Shown: positions 28,230 through 38,601, counted from the first letter of the stretch. The stretch is 64,000 nt of DNA from an uncultured Candidatus Saccharibacteria bacterium (GCA_964362545.1 CAYIEM010000001.1:17424-81423); one strand, 5' to 3'. Program-made: numbers and translations. The notes: generated by a model not told the origin, from the letters alone.

Positions 28230-30161
28230 TTAATATTTCAGACTATGCACCAAAGTTTTAAGGAGAATTTCGAGTTCTATAGTGGCAACACCGACGACTC
28301 TGTCTCCCCCGCCGTAGTAAATATAGAGCATTTTCCCTCTTACAACCATCCCGCAGGGAAAAACCACATTGTTCACAATACCCGCTTTTTCATATTGCTC
28401 TTCCGGTTCGAAAATAGGTTCAGTACTCCGAGCAAGCACTATAGCTGGATCTTTTAAATCAAGCAGAACACACCCGACACGATACGTACTGTGGCTCTTC
28501 GACACACCATGGTAAAGTAAAAGCCAGCCATACTTTGTTTTAATGGGCGGAGCAGTTATGCCGACTTTGGCGCTATCCCACGTGTTTGCTCGAGGTCCGA
28601 TAATTCTTATGCATCTTTTCACGCTTTCATGTTTAAAATCAAGCGAGTTTAAATAATCGCCACAAATTTCATCACCTATGCGATGTAGAATAAAATAACC
28701 AGATGGGAATTTTGTGGGAAAAAGACAGGCATCTTTATCTTCAAATCCCGGTGGAGTAATAAGAAATGGTTTTTTCCAATTCCAATTATGAGAAACAAAA
28801 TCTTTTTCTGTGATAGAAGAGACAGCAACTCTCCAAGGTCCAGTGCTGTTGAATGCTGTATAGCATAAATAAATATTACTACCAATCTTGGTTAACCTCG
28901 GGTCTTCACAGCCAGAACTTTGGCCACTATTCTTTTTGCTCTCAAAATCTTCGCGCGGAATATAAACAGGCAACGGAAAACGTTTTATTATGTCACTGCC
29001 ATTTCTTGTGACTGCGTATCCGAACGTGGATGTATTGTCTCCCGACATTGCGCGATATAAAATATGTGTTTTTCCATCGAGCATTATCGCCCCGGGATTG
29101 AAGGTGGCCTGTGATTCCCATTCATTTTCATTTATGGGAACGATAATAGGGTTTTTGGGAGAACGTTTAAAACGAAAACGGTCTTTATATTCGTAATGTA
29201 TACTAAGAACGAGATCCGTCAAGTTAAGCTGAAAAGAGCATGCTGTGGTATCAGCCGCCCCGTAATATACAGTAAGAACGTCCTTCTTGGCTATAGCTCC
29301 AGTTGGAAAAACTACATTAGGAACGTAACCAGAAAGTTCATATGGTTCCTCGGGCACCAGCATCGGTCCTGCAGTTCTGCCGATTATTTTCATAGGATTT
29401 TTTAAATCAAAGAGAACAGCCTCAATACCGAATATTTTGTCGAGATTGTTGGGATTCGGAAAATAATTTTGAATATGGGAATAAACGATCAACCATCCAT
29501 ATTTGGTTTTTATAGGCGGAGCCCCGACCTCTACATGATCATAGGGAGAGCGTTTTAGATCAATAGTGTAATCGTCAATTTTTTCTTCCCATTTACTCCA
29601 AAACGCTGGCAACCATAATTCCTCCATCTTATCAAGAGTGGCAAAAACAAGCTTTGCGGGAGGAGAATCGGTATGGAAAGAAAACATCACCACAATCTTG
29701 CCATTTATTCGTTCCGGAAAAAGAGTCATTGCCTTTGCGTTAAATGGAGTCACTAAATGTCGTTCATGAACTTTTTTTAAGTTACGCGATAGCGCCACAG
29801 CCACCTTTATGCCTTCCGCGTTAAATGGAAATTCTCCAAGCGCAGTATAAAAAGTATAAAAAGTACCTTCAAAGTAAGTGACCCTTGGGTCCTCGCAACC
29901 AAACTTTTCCCATTTTTCTTGAGGAGTGATAAAAGGAGTACGATTTTTAAAATGCACCCCGTCTTTACTTGTACCAATGCCTATGACCGACACTTGGCGA
30001 GGATTTTGTAATATATCCACCGCGGAAATAGCTCTAAAAAGCCCGTAAAAAATACTACCGCGCTTAATGGGACAAAGATTAAAAGTTGCAAACTCTTCCC
30101 AGTAATGATCTATATCTGGAATTAGTATTGGGTTATGTTTAGATCTTCTTACTACATACAT
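28230..30161 (-). CDS. Tandem two-domain GH130 glycoside hydrolase/phosphorylase
   Basis: Two repeats of FN(P)...GCEDPR...PPIKT..GW...NVVFP.G. Confidence 0.85.
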   Translation of the reverse strand: MYVVRRSKHNPILIPDIDHYWEEFATFNLCPIKRGSIFYGLFRAISAVDILQNPRQVSVIGIGTSKDGVHFKNRTPFITPQEKWEKFGCEDPRVTYFEGTFYTFYTALGEFPFNAEGIKVAVALSRNLKKVHERHLVTPFNAKAMTLFPERINGKIVVMFSFHTDSPPAKLVFATLDKMEELWLPAFWSKWEEKIDDYTIDLKRSPYDHVEVGAPPIKTKYGWLIVYSHIQNYFPNPNNLDKIFGIEAVLFDLKNPMKIIGRTAGPMLVPEEPYELSGYVPNVVFPTGAIAKKDVLTVYYGAADTTACSFQLNLTDLVLSIHYEYKDRFRFKRSPKNPIIVPINENEWESQATFNPGAIMLDGKTHILYRAMSGDNTSTFGYAVTRNGSDIIKRFPLPVYIPREDFESKKNSGQSSGCEDPRLTKIGSNIYLCYTAFNSTGPWRVAVSSITEKDFVSHNWNWKKPFLITPPGFEDKDACLFPTKFPSGYFILHRIGDEICGDYLNSLDFKHESVKRCIRIIGPRANTWDSAKVGITAPPIKTKYGWLLLYHGVSKSHSTYRVGCVLLDLKDPAIVLARSTEPIFEPEEQYEKAGIVNNVVFPCGMVVRGKMLYIYYGGGDRVVGVATIELEILLKTLVHSLKY

Positions 30162-30167
30162 ACAAAT

Positions 30168-31397
30168 TTATCCAAACTTTAGTGATTTTTTCTTCTCTAA
30201 TTTGACTGCGCCATTTTTCTTCATACTCTCTATCAAATCATCAAGCACGATAGACGCCACGCCAACATGTTTATCTCCGCCGCCGTAATAAACGAAAAGC
30301 CTGTCGTCTTTAACTATGGCTCCACTTGCGTATATAATTCCCTTTTTCCAATCGTTTTCGTACCACAAATCCGGTTCTAGAATTGGATGTTGTGCTCGAT
30401 ATAAAATTCTCTCAGGATATTTTAAATCAAGTAAAAGCGCGCCCAACTTATAACGATCTCCATCATCCTTGTCCATGGCATGGTAAAGTAGAAGCCACCC
30501 GTCTTTTGTCTTGATCGGTGGTGAGGCGGCACTCCTCGTACGCTTATGCCAAGCCACTATGTGATCTGGCAAAGTCTGTGGGTCTGGAGCACCCGTATCC
30601 CTAGTGGGTGTTTCCCTGTCATCGAGCTCGCTTACGTAGGCAATTTTGACCCTGGTTGGATCACCAACATCTGGATTATGAAAAATTGCAAACTTACCGT
30701 TGATTTTTTCTGGAAATAGAACCCAATTCTTTTGTCTGTCTCCGGGACGAGAAAGATAAGCAAACTTACTCCATAACCATTTCTTATTTAACAAATTACC
30801 TTCCTTTATCGAAGTCACGGCGACGCGCATAGAGTTCCACCCATTGAACATATTGAAAGTCATATGTACATAACCATTCATCAAAACCGCGCGAGGATCC
30901 TCGCATCCACCCCATCCTCCTCCTGATGAATAAAGTACACTATCATATTCTGGTCTGGCTGGAGAAGTGTACGGCCAATGCTTTTTAACTTCTTCGATGT
31001 TCTGTACGAAATACACCGGCCAAAGAAGTCTTTCGTCGAAATTTATACCGTCTTTACTAGAAGCGTATCCAATGCGAGAAATCCCGTCTTCCCCTAGTGC
31101 TCTATAGAATAGATGTACTCGCCCGCCAGAAGAGATGGCAGCGGGATTAAAAACGGCTTGGGACTCCCAAAAATACGGTCTTGGCTCAACTATTGGATTG
31201 CGAAGAGACCTTGTAAGCTTGAGGCCTTTTTCCGATTTAGTTTTCTTAAGAATTTTTATCTTCCTGGGCAGAGTTTTAACTTTTGCTTTTTTTGAGAGTT
31301 TGACAACTTTTTTGCCTTTTTTCAACATCTTAGTTGAAACCCTTCCACTGACTATTTTTTTAATAGTCTTTTTTGTTGTTTTTAATACTTTTTTCAT
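30168..31397 (-). CDS. GH130 glycosidase with Lys-rich N-terminal extension
   Basis: FNPAA, GCEDPR, KNWVLFP, PPIKT. Confidence 0.85.
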   Translation of the reverse strand: MKKVLKTTKKTIKKIVSGRVSTKMLKKGKKVVKLSKKAKVKTLPRKIKILKKTKSEKGLKLTRSLRNPIVEPRPYFWESQAVFNPAAISSGGRVHLFYRALGEDGISRIGYASSKDGINFDERLLWPVYFVQNIEEVKKHWPYTSPARPEYDSVLYSSGGGWGGCEDPRAVLMNGYVHMTFNMFNGWNSMRVAVTSIKEGNLLNKKWLWSKFAYLSRPGDRQKNWVLFPEKINGKFAIFHNPDVGDPTRVKIAYVSELDDRETPTRDTGAPDPQTLPDHIVAWHKRTRSAASPPIKTKDGWLLLYHAMDKDDGDRYKLGALLLDLKYPERILYRAQHPILEPDLWYENDWKKGIIYASGAIVKDDRLFVYYGGGDKHVGVASIVLDDLIESMKKNGAVKLEKKKSLKFG

Positions 31398-31423
31398 AAA
31401 AAACTAGCCTTCCTAAACTTACA

Positions 31424-31478
31424 GAGTATTATATCCCATAGTAAAACTTTTAGAAAGTTCTACTATAGGATTATACTC
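31424..31478 (-). terminator. Long hairpin (terminator or leader) upstream of the GH130 pair
   Basis: Minus strand tcctatagtagaacttt-cta-aaagttttactatggga, 17 bp including G:U pairs. Confidence 0.5.
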
Positions 31479-31501
31479 CTAAATGAAAAGCTAGCCAATA
31501 C

Positions 31502-32005
31502 CTATTTTTTTATCTTTTTCGAGTATTCCCTTAAAAGCTCCGAGGAACTTCTCACTTTGCCCCCACGCCCAATATTAAAGACCATTTCAATACCCAATCT
31601 TTCGCACGTTTCTACATCATAATATAAAGAGGAATTCGGATTTCTGGCGTCTTCTTCATTTCTATCTCCCCCATTTGCAAAGACATGCGGTTTGATTTTA
31701 AACAATTCTTTGCTCACGCTCATATTCTTGGGACCTTTCGGATTTCTAGAATGTCCACTAATAATTACCCCATCTACACAAGCCAAAGCTTCTATAATCT
31801 CTTTGCGTTCGTGATCAGGCATAAAGACATGCTTCCTTTTTTGTCTTTTCCAATTATCATTATTTATGATAACAATTAATTTATCTCCCAATTTTTTAGC
31901 TTCCTGAAACATACGAATATGCCCGATATGAAGCGGGTCAAAACCACCGCTGACTGCCACCACTTTTTTATTTTTCCTGTTTTTGTTCTTCTTAGTAAAT
32001 GACAT
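31502..32005 (-). CDS. Cytidylyltransferase-family nucleotidyltransferase
   Basis: SGGFDPLHIGH, ANGGDR, SSS. Confidence 0.88.
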   Translation of the reverse strand: MSFTKKNKNRKNKKVVAVSGGFDPLHIGHIRMFQEAKKLGDKLIVIINNDNWKRQKRKHVFMPDHERKEIIEALACVDGVIISGHSRNPKGPKNMSVSKELFKIKPHVFANGGDRNEEDARNPNSSLYYDVETCERLGIEMVFNIGRGGKVRSSSELLREYSKKIKK

Positions 32006-32064
32006 TTTTTATTTTTATTTCTTTAATTTGCTAGATTTTCTGCGATAGCAGAATTTCTAGCACT

Positions 32065-33825
32065 TTAATACACTTCCTGTTGATAACATTTCTCACAGTA
32101 AACTATTTCTGGTCTGTCTGGTGCATAACCAGTTTTGAATTTCTCATTGCAAGGATTATCTCCATGCTCATGACTTACTGTGTTTTGATAAACACCAGTA
32201 CTGTCTTTCTCTCCCGCGCACATACAGGACCGTTCGTATAAACCTACCTTTAACCTGTCACTTATTCTGCGCTCGTGCCTACATTCACCGCAAATACGTG
32301 GTATCGACAATTTTTCCTTTTTAAAAAATAAAAATTCATTCTCTAGAATTTTATACGGATTTTTACATTCCTTACATTCTACTACTTCTTTTAAAATATT
32401 ATCGCTGACTTCGTTGATTGAATTTTCAAGCTCTGTTGCCTTTTTTGTCATTTTATAGTTGCCCCGGGACACTTCTATCCACGTATATCCTTTTTTCCTT
32501 GCTTCTGCTTCTGTTAGCGAAAAATGCTGCATCGCGACAGTATTGTTGTAACCGAGTGGAGAAAGTTCGGTAGGAAAAAATTCTCCATATTTATAAGTCA
32601 AACCCTGTGAATCTGTGTAAGGCATTTCATCCATGTGTTTTTTTATTTTGGGCACAAGTTTTTCATACTCTTCTTTAGAATATTGTTTGTTTAAAATACA
32701 ATACTGTTTCTTTTTTAAACCAACACAACCAAAGCAGTCTGAAGAACTAAAAAGGTGCGTACAATATTCATTGTTCCTTGAAGATGGCCAGCAACTGCGC
32801 GAGAATTTATTATTGTAAGAATTGTCTCCGCATTCTAAAGTTTCATAATTCATTTCGGTATGATCCCCCCAATTACAAGAATCATAATTATCTTTGTTGC
32901 CCGGAACTTGCATATATTGGCAATAGCGCATATTTTCGCTTTCTCTGATAAGATAACTGTCGTTTACGTTTTTGCAATTAGTGACATAAGATCCGGAAGA
33001 ATTTAAGTTTTTTAAACCCTGAAGATATTTGAAGGGAAAGGTGTTCCAAAAATTTCTGGCTTTTATTCTGGAGGCTTCAATGCTCAAGGCTGTATCAAGA
33101 TTCATTTTTTTCAATTCTTTAAAATATTCCTCCTTTGCGTATTTTTTATTAAAAATACAATATGAAGAATTGCGCAGATTAGCGCAACCGAAACAATTAT
33201 GACACGAAACACAATCCTTGCAAAACCACAAATCCCTGGAATCTGAAGACATTATTGTGAAATAGCACTGATAACAATTTTCTAACCAAAGACATTCGTA
33301 GCAACGCTCGGAATGTTTTACGTGAGAATTATCGACACAATCTTTACAAGAATCTATCCCGTTTCCATACATACAATCTTCAGAATCATTTGAGTTAACA
33401 ATCAAGTAACTATTCTTTACATAAGAAGCATTGAAAACATATGGACTATTGACAATTCCAATATTATTAAAGTTATATACCGGTACAACTTTATTTAATT
33501 CCTCAATTTGGATTAAAAACGGCTTCGTGAAGTCAATATCCACACTATACTTTATTGCATCAAAGTTGTCTCCGAACCATTCTTCTCTGGTCATTATTTT
33601 CCGACCACTTTCTTTTGGATATGAGGAAAAAATCTCTTTGCCTGTCAAAAAATTGACAACTTTGAAAAGTTTGCGCTCATTTCTCCAAGCCAACCTCCTC
33701 TGCGCCCGGCACAAGGGACAAAAAGTTGGTGGCGGCACCTGCATTTTTTCATAAAAAGAAAAATCATCCGGCTCAATGATGAAGTCTTTTTTACAGTTCT
33801 GGCAGTTTTTTGTTTCGTCTTGCAT
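32065..33825 (-). CDS. Cys-rich zinc-ribbon repeat protein, paralog 3
   Basis: CQNCKKDF.IEPDD..FY, CPLCR, FGCVGL, PDRPEIVYCEKCYQQEVY. Confidence 0.85.
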   Translation of the reverse strand: MQDETKNCQNCKKDFIIEPDDFSFYEKMQVPPPTFCPLCRAQRRLAWRNERKLFKVVNFLTGKEIFSSYPKESGRKIMTREEWFGDNFDAIKYSVDIDFTKPFLIQIEELNKVVPVYNFNNIGIVNSPYVFNASYVKNSYLIVNSNDSEDCMYGNGIDSCKDCVDNSHVKHSERCYECLWLENCYQCYFTIMSSDSRDLWFCKDCVSCHNCFGCANLRNSSYCIFNKKYAKEEYFKELKKMNLDTALSIEASRIKARNFWNTFPFKYLQGLKNLNSSGSYVTNCKNVNDSYLIRESENMRYCQYMQVPGNKDNYDSCNWGDHTEMNYETLECGDNSYNNKFSRSCWPSSRNNEYCTHLFSSSDCFGCVGLKKKQYCILNKQYSKEEYEKLVPKIKKHMDEMPYTDSQGLTYKYGEFFPTELSPLGYNNTVAMQHFSLTEAEARKKGYTWIEVSRGNYKMTKKATELENSINEVSDNILKEVVECKECKNPYKILENEFLFFKKEKLSIPRICGECRHERRISDRLKVGLYERSCMCAGEKDSTGVYQNTVSHEHGDNPCNEKFKTGYAPDRPEIVYCEKCYQQEVY

Positions 33826-33846
33826 ATCTTTTGCTTTTTGCCCTGT

Positions 33847-33876
33847 GGTGAATTCTAGCATATGCTAGAATTCACC
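33847..33876. repeat. Perfect 30-bp intergenic palindrome
   Basis: ggtgaattctagcat|atgctagaattcacc. Confidence 0.92.
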
Positions 33877-33894
33877 GCGCTTAAATGTCATTCC

Positions 33895-35592
33895 TCAGTA
33901 TACTTCTTGTTTGTAACAACTTTCGCAATACACTATTTCGGGTCGGTCGGGAGAGTAGGAAGTCTCTATTGCTATATCGCATTTGTCACATTTGCGATTA
34001 TAAGTTTGCATTCCATTTAATTGCTTGATACGAGCTCTATCTCGACAAAGCGGGCAATGGCGCGGAATAGGTAAATTAAAACGTTTCAAGAACTGTAATT
34101 CTTTGGGGATTATCTGATAATTCTTCCCACATGCCTCACATTTCAAAATCGCCTTCAAAACATCGTCTGTGACATCTTTAATATGGTCGGGCAATATAAT
34201 GGTAGCATCTAAATATTCTCGTTGGTCAGGATCCCGCCAGGCAAAACCTCTCCCTATGGCCTCTTCTTTAGTGAGCGGAAAGAATTCGTAGGCAGTGGAC
34301 TCATTGTATGGCCAGGGACACAAATCAATTGGTATCTGTCCACCATACTTGTGCTCTAGTCCCCTTCTGTCAATGAAAGGAACTTCCATCATTTGTTTTT
34401 TAATTTTTTCAACCAATGGGAAATATTCTTCTTTGGTATATTGTTTATTAAAAATGCAATATTCGGCCTTTCGCAAACCGACGCAACCAAATAAATATCC
34501 ACATCCATGACAGCCAAAAGTATATTCCGTATCGTGATTGCGATAATTCCAGACGCTGAATTTTACATTGGAAGTATTATACCCCGTCCAAGTCGCCTCA
34601 TAGACCCATTCTGAAGTGGTGCCAAAAGCGGTAAAATCATAACAATTGTGCGCTGGACCCTTCAAAAACAGTTGCGCATATTTCAAATTTTCCGAGTCAG
34701 GAACATAGTACGCGTTATGAACATTCTTTGAATTATAAATATATTCTCCAGAGATGTTGTTGTTATTCCTGCCCAAAGTCGCCCGACGCGGATAATTTAG
34801 TGAAAAAGCATATGCCTGTTTTTTTAGTTTTTGTAAATTTTTTGCAGATCCCAAGTCAAATTCTTTTAATTTTTTAATATACTCTTCTCTTGTAAATTGT
34901 TCATTAAAAATGCAGTAATTTTTATTGCGCAAGCTTGTACAGCCAAAACAATCCCCGCAATTAATCAAATCGCGCGAAAAATAAATGTTTTGACAATTTT
35001 CACAATCCTGCGAGAAAAAAGTCTGGAAACATTTGCGAACATCTACTATCTCATAACAGAGTTCTGGGTCTGCTGAATATGCCACCTCTAGAGAATCTTT
35101 GGTGTTTAAAGCGACATTAGTATACGCAGAATCTTCGCCAGTAATATGTTTAAAACACAGGTAATCATTTTTTTGGAAACTGGCGGCATTGCAATATTCG
35201 CTATTCACCATAGTGCTGTATTCCGTATGAAGCGACGCTTTGGGAACCTCATCCATCAATTCTTTAAATTGTTCAAAAAAGGATCTAGAAAAATCATATT
35301 CCCTGCCGTAACTTTTCGGATCCCATTTGTCACCCCACCAAATATCTTGTTTATATACTTTATACGGTAAATCCGGATGGTAGAACGTGATAATATTCTC
35401 TCCGGTAAAATCACATTTGCGTTTGTATAATATCCTATAACCGTACCAAGCCATTCTGCGAAGCAACCTGCAATGCGGGCACCACACGGGAGGCGGCACT
35501 TTCATCTGCTCATAAAATCCAAAATCGTCTGGTTCAATAATGAAGTTTTTTTTACAGTTTTGACATTGTTTAGTTTCACTTTGTGTATTCAT
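33895..35592 (-). CDS. Cys-rich zinc-ribbon repeat protein, paralog 2
   Basis: Same N- and C-terminal motifs as its neighbours. Confidence 0.85.
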   Translation of the reverse strand: MNTQSETKQCQNCKKNFIIEPDDFGFYEQMKVPPPVWCPHCRLLRRMAWYGYRILYKRKCDFTGENIITFYHPDLPYKVYKQDIWWGDKWDPKSYGREYDFSRSFFEQFKELMDEVPKASLHTEYSTMVNSEYCNAASFQKNDYLCFKHITGEDSAYTNVALNTKDSLEVAYSADPELCYEIVDVRKCFQTFFSQDCENCQNIYFSRDLINCGDCFGCTSLRNKNYCIFNEQFTREEYIKKLKEFDLGSAKNLQKLKKQAYAFSLNYPRRATLGRNNNNISGEYIYNSKNVHNAYYVPDSENLKYAQLFLKGPAHNCYDFTAFGTTSEWVYEATWTGYNTSNVKFSVWNYRNHDTEYTFGCHGCGYLFGCVGLRKAEYCIFNKQYTKEEYFPLVEKIKKQMMEVPFIDRRGLEHKYGGQIPIDLCPWPYNESTAYEFFPLTKEEAIGRGFAWRDPDQREYLDATIILPDHIKDVTDDVLKAILKCEACGKNYQIIPKELQFLKRFNLPIPRHCPLCRDRARIKQLNGMQTYNRKCDKCDIAIETSYSPDRPEIVYCESCYKQEVY

Positions 35593-35624
35593 TTTGTCGT
35601 TTTGCAACATATTTGAATATTCTC

Positions 35625-35971
35625 ATTCTATAATTCTATAGAATATTAGAATAGTTATTCATAAATTTATAAGAAAAGGGTTCCGCGTATTTTTCTAAAA
35701 CAATTCTCTCGTATTTATCTAGCTTATCAAATCCTAGAATAAAATTCTTAACCACATTCCATTCTTCTCTCCCAGCAGGAATTATATCTCTAAAATTTAA
35801 TATTTTATTTACAATGTCTAATGAACGAATCTGAGCATTTTGCGCGGCCTCTATTTTCCCAGAATCTAAAAAGGAAAACATTCTTCTGATTTCCGGATAT
35901 AAGTTTGCCATATAAAAAAGCGAATCTTTTTTCATAATTTTCTATTCTAATATTCTATAGAATTATAGAAT
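35625..35971. repeat. Perfect 30-bp inverted repeats enclosing one small gene
   Basis: attctataattctatagaatattagaatag (35625-35654) and ctattctaatattctatagaattatagaat (35942-35971). Confidence 0.9.
35636..35935 (-). CDS. Small helical hypothetical protein (downstream partner of the DUF5674-like gene)
   Basis: 99 aa, MANLYPEIRR motif. Confidence 0.7.
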   Translation of the reverse strand: MKKDSLFYMANLYPEIRRMFSFLDSGKIEAAQNAQIRSLDIVNKILNFRDIIPAGREEWNVVKNFILGFDKLDKYERIVLEKYAEPFSYKFMNNYSNIL

Positions 35972-35980
35972 ACTTTCCCC

Positions 35981-36352
35981 TTACTTCTTCAAATCAATAA
36001 ACTTATGAATAATCTCCCTGGCTTTTTTCATTATCTCTTCATTGCCTATATTCCTGGAGCGGTTGCCAAAATTTGGTTTTATGTTAACCATGGAATCGAA
36101 CTCCAAAGCCCCATTCGGATTTTCCTCAAAGCGAATATTGAAACCCCAAATATCTTCAAATTTTGAACCAGTACCCGTCAACAACTCAGAACCCTCGATA
36201 TGATAGTCACCGCCTAAAGCAACTCTGCCAATCTCTATATCGACAGCCCCTTTTATCATAGTTCCATACCAAAAATCCGCCAATCTCTTTACCTCCTCTA
36301 TAAAAATTTTATGGTCTAGAATCGTTATCTTCGTATCCATATTTGTGAGCAT
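35981..36352 (-). CDS. DUF5674-like protein
   Basis: MIKGAVDIE...GGDYH..GS...IWGFN...EFDSMVNIKP..GNRS. Confidence 0.75.
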   Translation of the reverse strand: MLTNMDTKITILDHKIFIEEVKRLADFWYGTMIKGAVDIEIGRVALGGDYHIEGSELLTGTGSKFEDIWGFNIRFEENPNGALEFDSMVNIKPNFGNRSRNIGNEEIMKKAREIIHKFIDLKK

Positions 36353-36384
36353 TTTAGCACGATTCTAGCTTGATTGAAAGAATG

Positions 36385-38097
36385 CTAGTACACCTCCTGC
36401 TGATAACACTTTTCGCAATAGATTATTTCTGGACGGTCGGGTGTATAAGAAGTTTTGAATTTATTATCGCATCCTTCTTTCATGCAAGACCTTTCCCAAA
36501 GTTTTAACGGATTTCTTAGTTTCAAACGTTCATAATGCCTGCAGTTTGGACAAAGTCTCGGCAACGGCAAGTTCATTCTCTTGTAAAATTTAAGCTCTTC
36601 AGAAACTATTTTAAATGCCTCGGTACATTGATCTTTGCATTTGCCTCCGTGGCTACAGGCTATGACCTTGCTTATTATGTCGTCTGAAACATCTTTTATA
36701 TTGTCAGGTATATCTTCGTTTTCTATGTCTATTTTATAATTCCTAACCTCTCTATCTTGCCACAGGTATCCCTTCGCTAAAGCCTCTTCCTTAGTCAGCG
36801 GAAAATATTCTTGCGCGATAGTTTCGTTATAAGCAAACGGTGAAAGTTCTGAGGGAAAAAATTCACCGTATTTGTAAACTATTTCTCTCTTGTCTATGTA
36901 AGGCATTTCCTCCATGTGTTTGATAATTTTTGGCAACAATTGTTCATATTCTTCCTTGGTATATTGTTTGTTTAGGATACAATAACTTTTCTTTCGTAAA
37001 CCTTCACAACCGAAGATATTTGAACAATCATGACACTCTTCGTTATAACGAGAGTCGTGATTTGAGTGATTCTTTACACCAAAAGCCGTATTCGAACCAC
37101 TAAAACCATGGGCTATTTCATATAGTAACTCAGCGCCAAAACCTTGAAATGATGTGTCATAACAATCTTTTGATTTATTTCTACAGAAAAAAAGATACTT
37201 CGAATCTTCCACTTGTCGAGAACTGAAAGCATTGTGGGTGTTGCGGGCTTCAAACAAATCGTCTCCAGTAGAATTAACAGATTTATAAACCTGAGCATAG
37301 CGACGAGGTATGGTCAACGCCAAGTCGTATAATCTCTTTCTAATATCAGCATGAGATTTTAAACCGCCTAAGTTGATTTTTTCTATAAATTTTTGATATT
37401 CTTCTTTTGAAAATTGTTGGTTAAAAACATTGTGTTGTTTGTTGCGTAAGCCCACACACCCGAAACAACTTAAACAATTCTTGCAATCTAGAAGATACCA
37501 GCTGTCTACACAATCTTCAGAATAAGAACTGAAAAATAATTTATTGGTCCTGGCGCACTCAAAAAGCTCATAACTAAATTCCAATTTTTCAGAAAACGCC
37601 ACATCCAGAGAGTCTTTGGAATCAAACAATTGATTTGCGAAATAAACTCTTTCGTTATTGATACCTCCAAATACAAGGTAGCATTCCTTCATGTCAAGCC
37701 CATAATTGCAATACTCACTAGAAATGAAATTTGTTTGATACATATTTTCTCTAGGCACTGCAACCTGAAGCGCGCGAAATTGGGTAAAAAATGGTACAGA
37801 AAAATCATGTTCTTTCCCATAACTTAAAGGGTCCCACTTATCGGAAAGCCAACACTCACGACAATAGATGGTATATGGTTTGTCTTTGGAATAAATAGTT
37901 AGAAGATTTTTTTTACACATACCACATTCACGTCTATAAAAAACCCTATTATTACGGAACAACAATCTTCTTTGAAACCTGCAATCCGGGCAAAATGTCG
38001 GTGGAGGCACTTTTATTTTTTGGTAAAAATTAAAATCATCCGGTTCGATAGTAAAATCTTTCTTGCAATTTTGACATACCTTCGTCTCAGAATTCAT
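36385..38097 (-). CDS. Cys-rich zinc-ribbon repeat protein, paralog 1
   Basis: CQNCKKDFTIEPDD, CPDCR, PDRPEIIYCEKCYQQEVY. Confidence 0.85.
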   Translation of the reverse strand: MNSETKVCQNCKKDFTIEPDDFNFYQKIKVPPPTFCPDCRFQRRLLFRNNRVFYRRECGMCKKNLLTIYSKDKPYTIYCRECWLSDKWDPLSYGKEHDFSVPFFTQFRALQVAVPRENMYQTNFISSEYCNYGLDMKECYLVFGGINNERVYFANQLFDSKDSLDVAFSEKLEFSYELFECARTNKLFFSSYSEDCVDSWYLLDCKNCLSCFGCVGLRNKQHNVFNQQFSKEEYQKFIEKINLGGLKSHADIRKRLYDLALTIPRRYAQVYKSVNSTGDDLFEARNTHNAFSSRQVEDSKYLFFCRNKSKDCYDTSFQGFGAELLYEIAHGFSGSNTAFGVKNHSNHDSRYNEECHDCSNIFGCEGLRKKSYCILNKQYTKEEYEQLLPKIIKHMEEMPYIDKREIVYKYGEFFPSELSPFAYNETIAQEYFPLTKEEALAKGYLWQDREVRNYKIDIENEDIPDNIKDVSDDIISKVIACSHGGKCKDQCTEAFKIVSEELKFYKRMNLPLPRLCPNCRHYERLKLRNPLKLWERSCMKEGCDNKFKTSYTPDRPEIIYCEKCYQQEVY

Positions 38098-38151
38098 CTA
38101 TTTATTATAACAAAACTAGTCAATTTTCCCAGTGTTTGGTACAATTTATTT

Positions 38152-38601
38152 ATGTATATAATATATGCTTTGCTTGGGGCGATCATGGCAAGTTTGGGTA
38201 CCATTTTCGCAAAATTAGGACTTAAGGGAATTGACGCGAACTTACTTACCGCTATTCGCGGCATCGTAATGGCTATCATTGTCTCTATCGCTGCTTTATC
38301 TTTTGGTAAGTTTACTGTAACATCTGTTTCCTCGCTCTCCACGAAACAATGGGTCTTCGTCATTCTTTCGGGACTGGGTGGCGCCTTGTCTTGGATTTTC
38401 TTTTACCAAGCTCTCTCCATAGGTCCGACAGTCGCCGTGACAGTCATAGATAAACTGTCTATCGTCTTTACTGCTATCCTTGCAGTCGTGGTTCTAACAG
38501 AAGGAGTTACTTTGCAAGCAGGAATAGGACTTCTGCTCGTAGTCTTGGGTACGTTACTTGTCGCTATTCCTTGGGAGAAGATACAAAAATTATTTATTTA
38601 A
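38152..38601 (+). CDS. Single-domain EamA transporter
   Basis: FAKLGLKGIDANL.T.IR, LSWIFFYQAL, IDKLS. Confidence 0.85.
   Translation: MYIIYALLGAIMASLGTIFAKLGLKGIDANLLTAIRGIVMAIIVSIAALSFGKFTVTSVSSLSTKQWVFVILSGLGGALSWIFFYQALSIGPTVAVTVIDKLSIVFTAILAVVVLTEGVTLQAGIGLLLVVLGTLLVAIPWEKIQKLFI

Noticed and set aside
32065-38097. Diversity-generating retroelement or CRISPR explanation for the paralog array
   Set aside because: No reverse transcriptase, no adenine-specific TR/VR pair seen, and no regularly spaced repeat-spacer units
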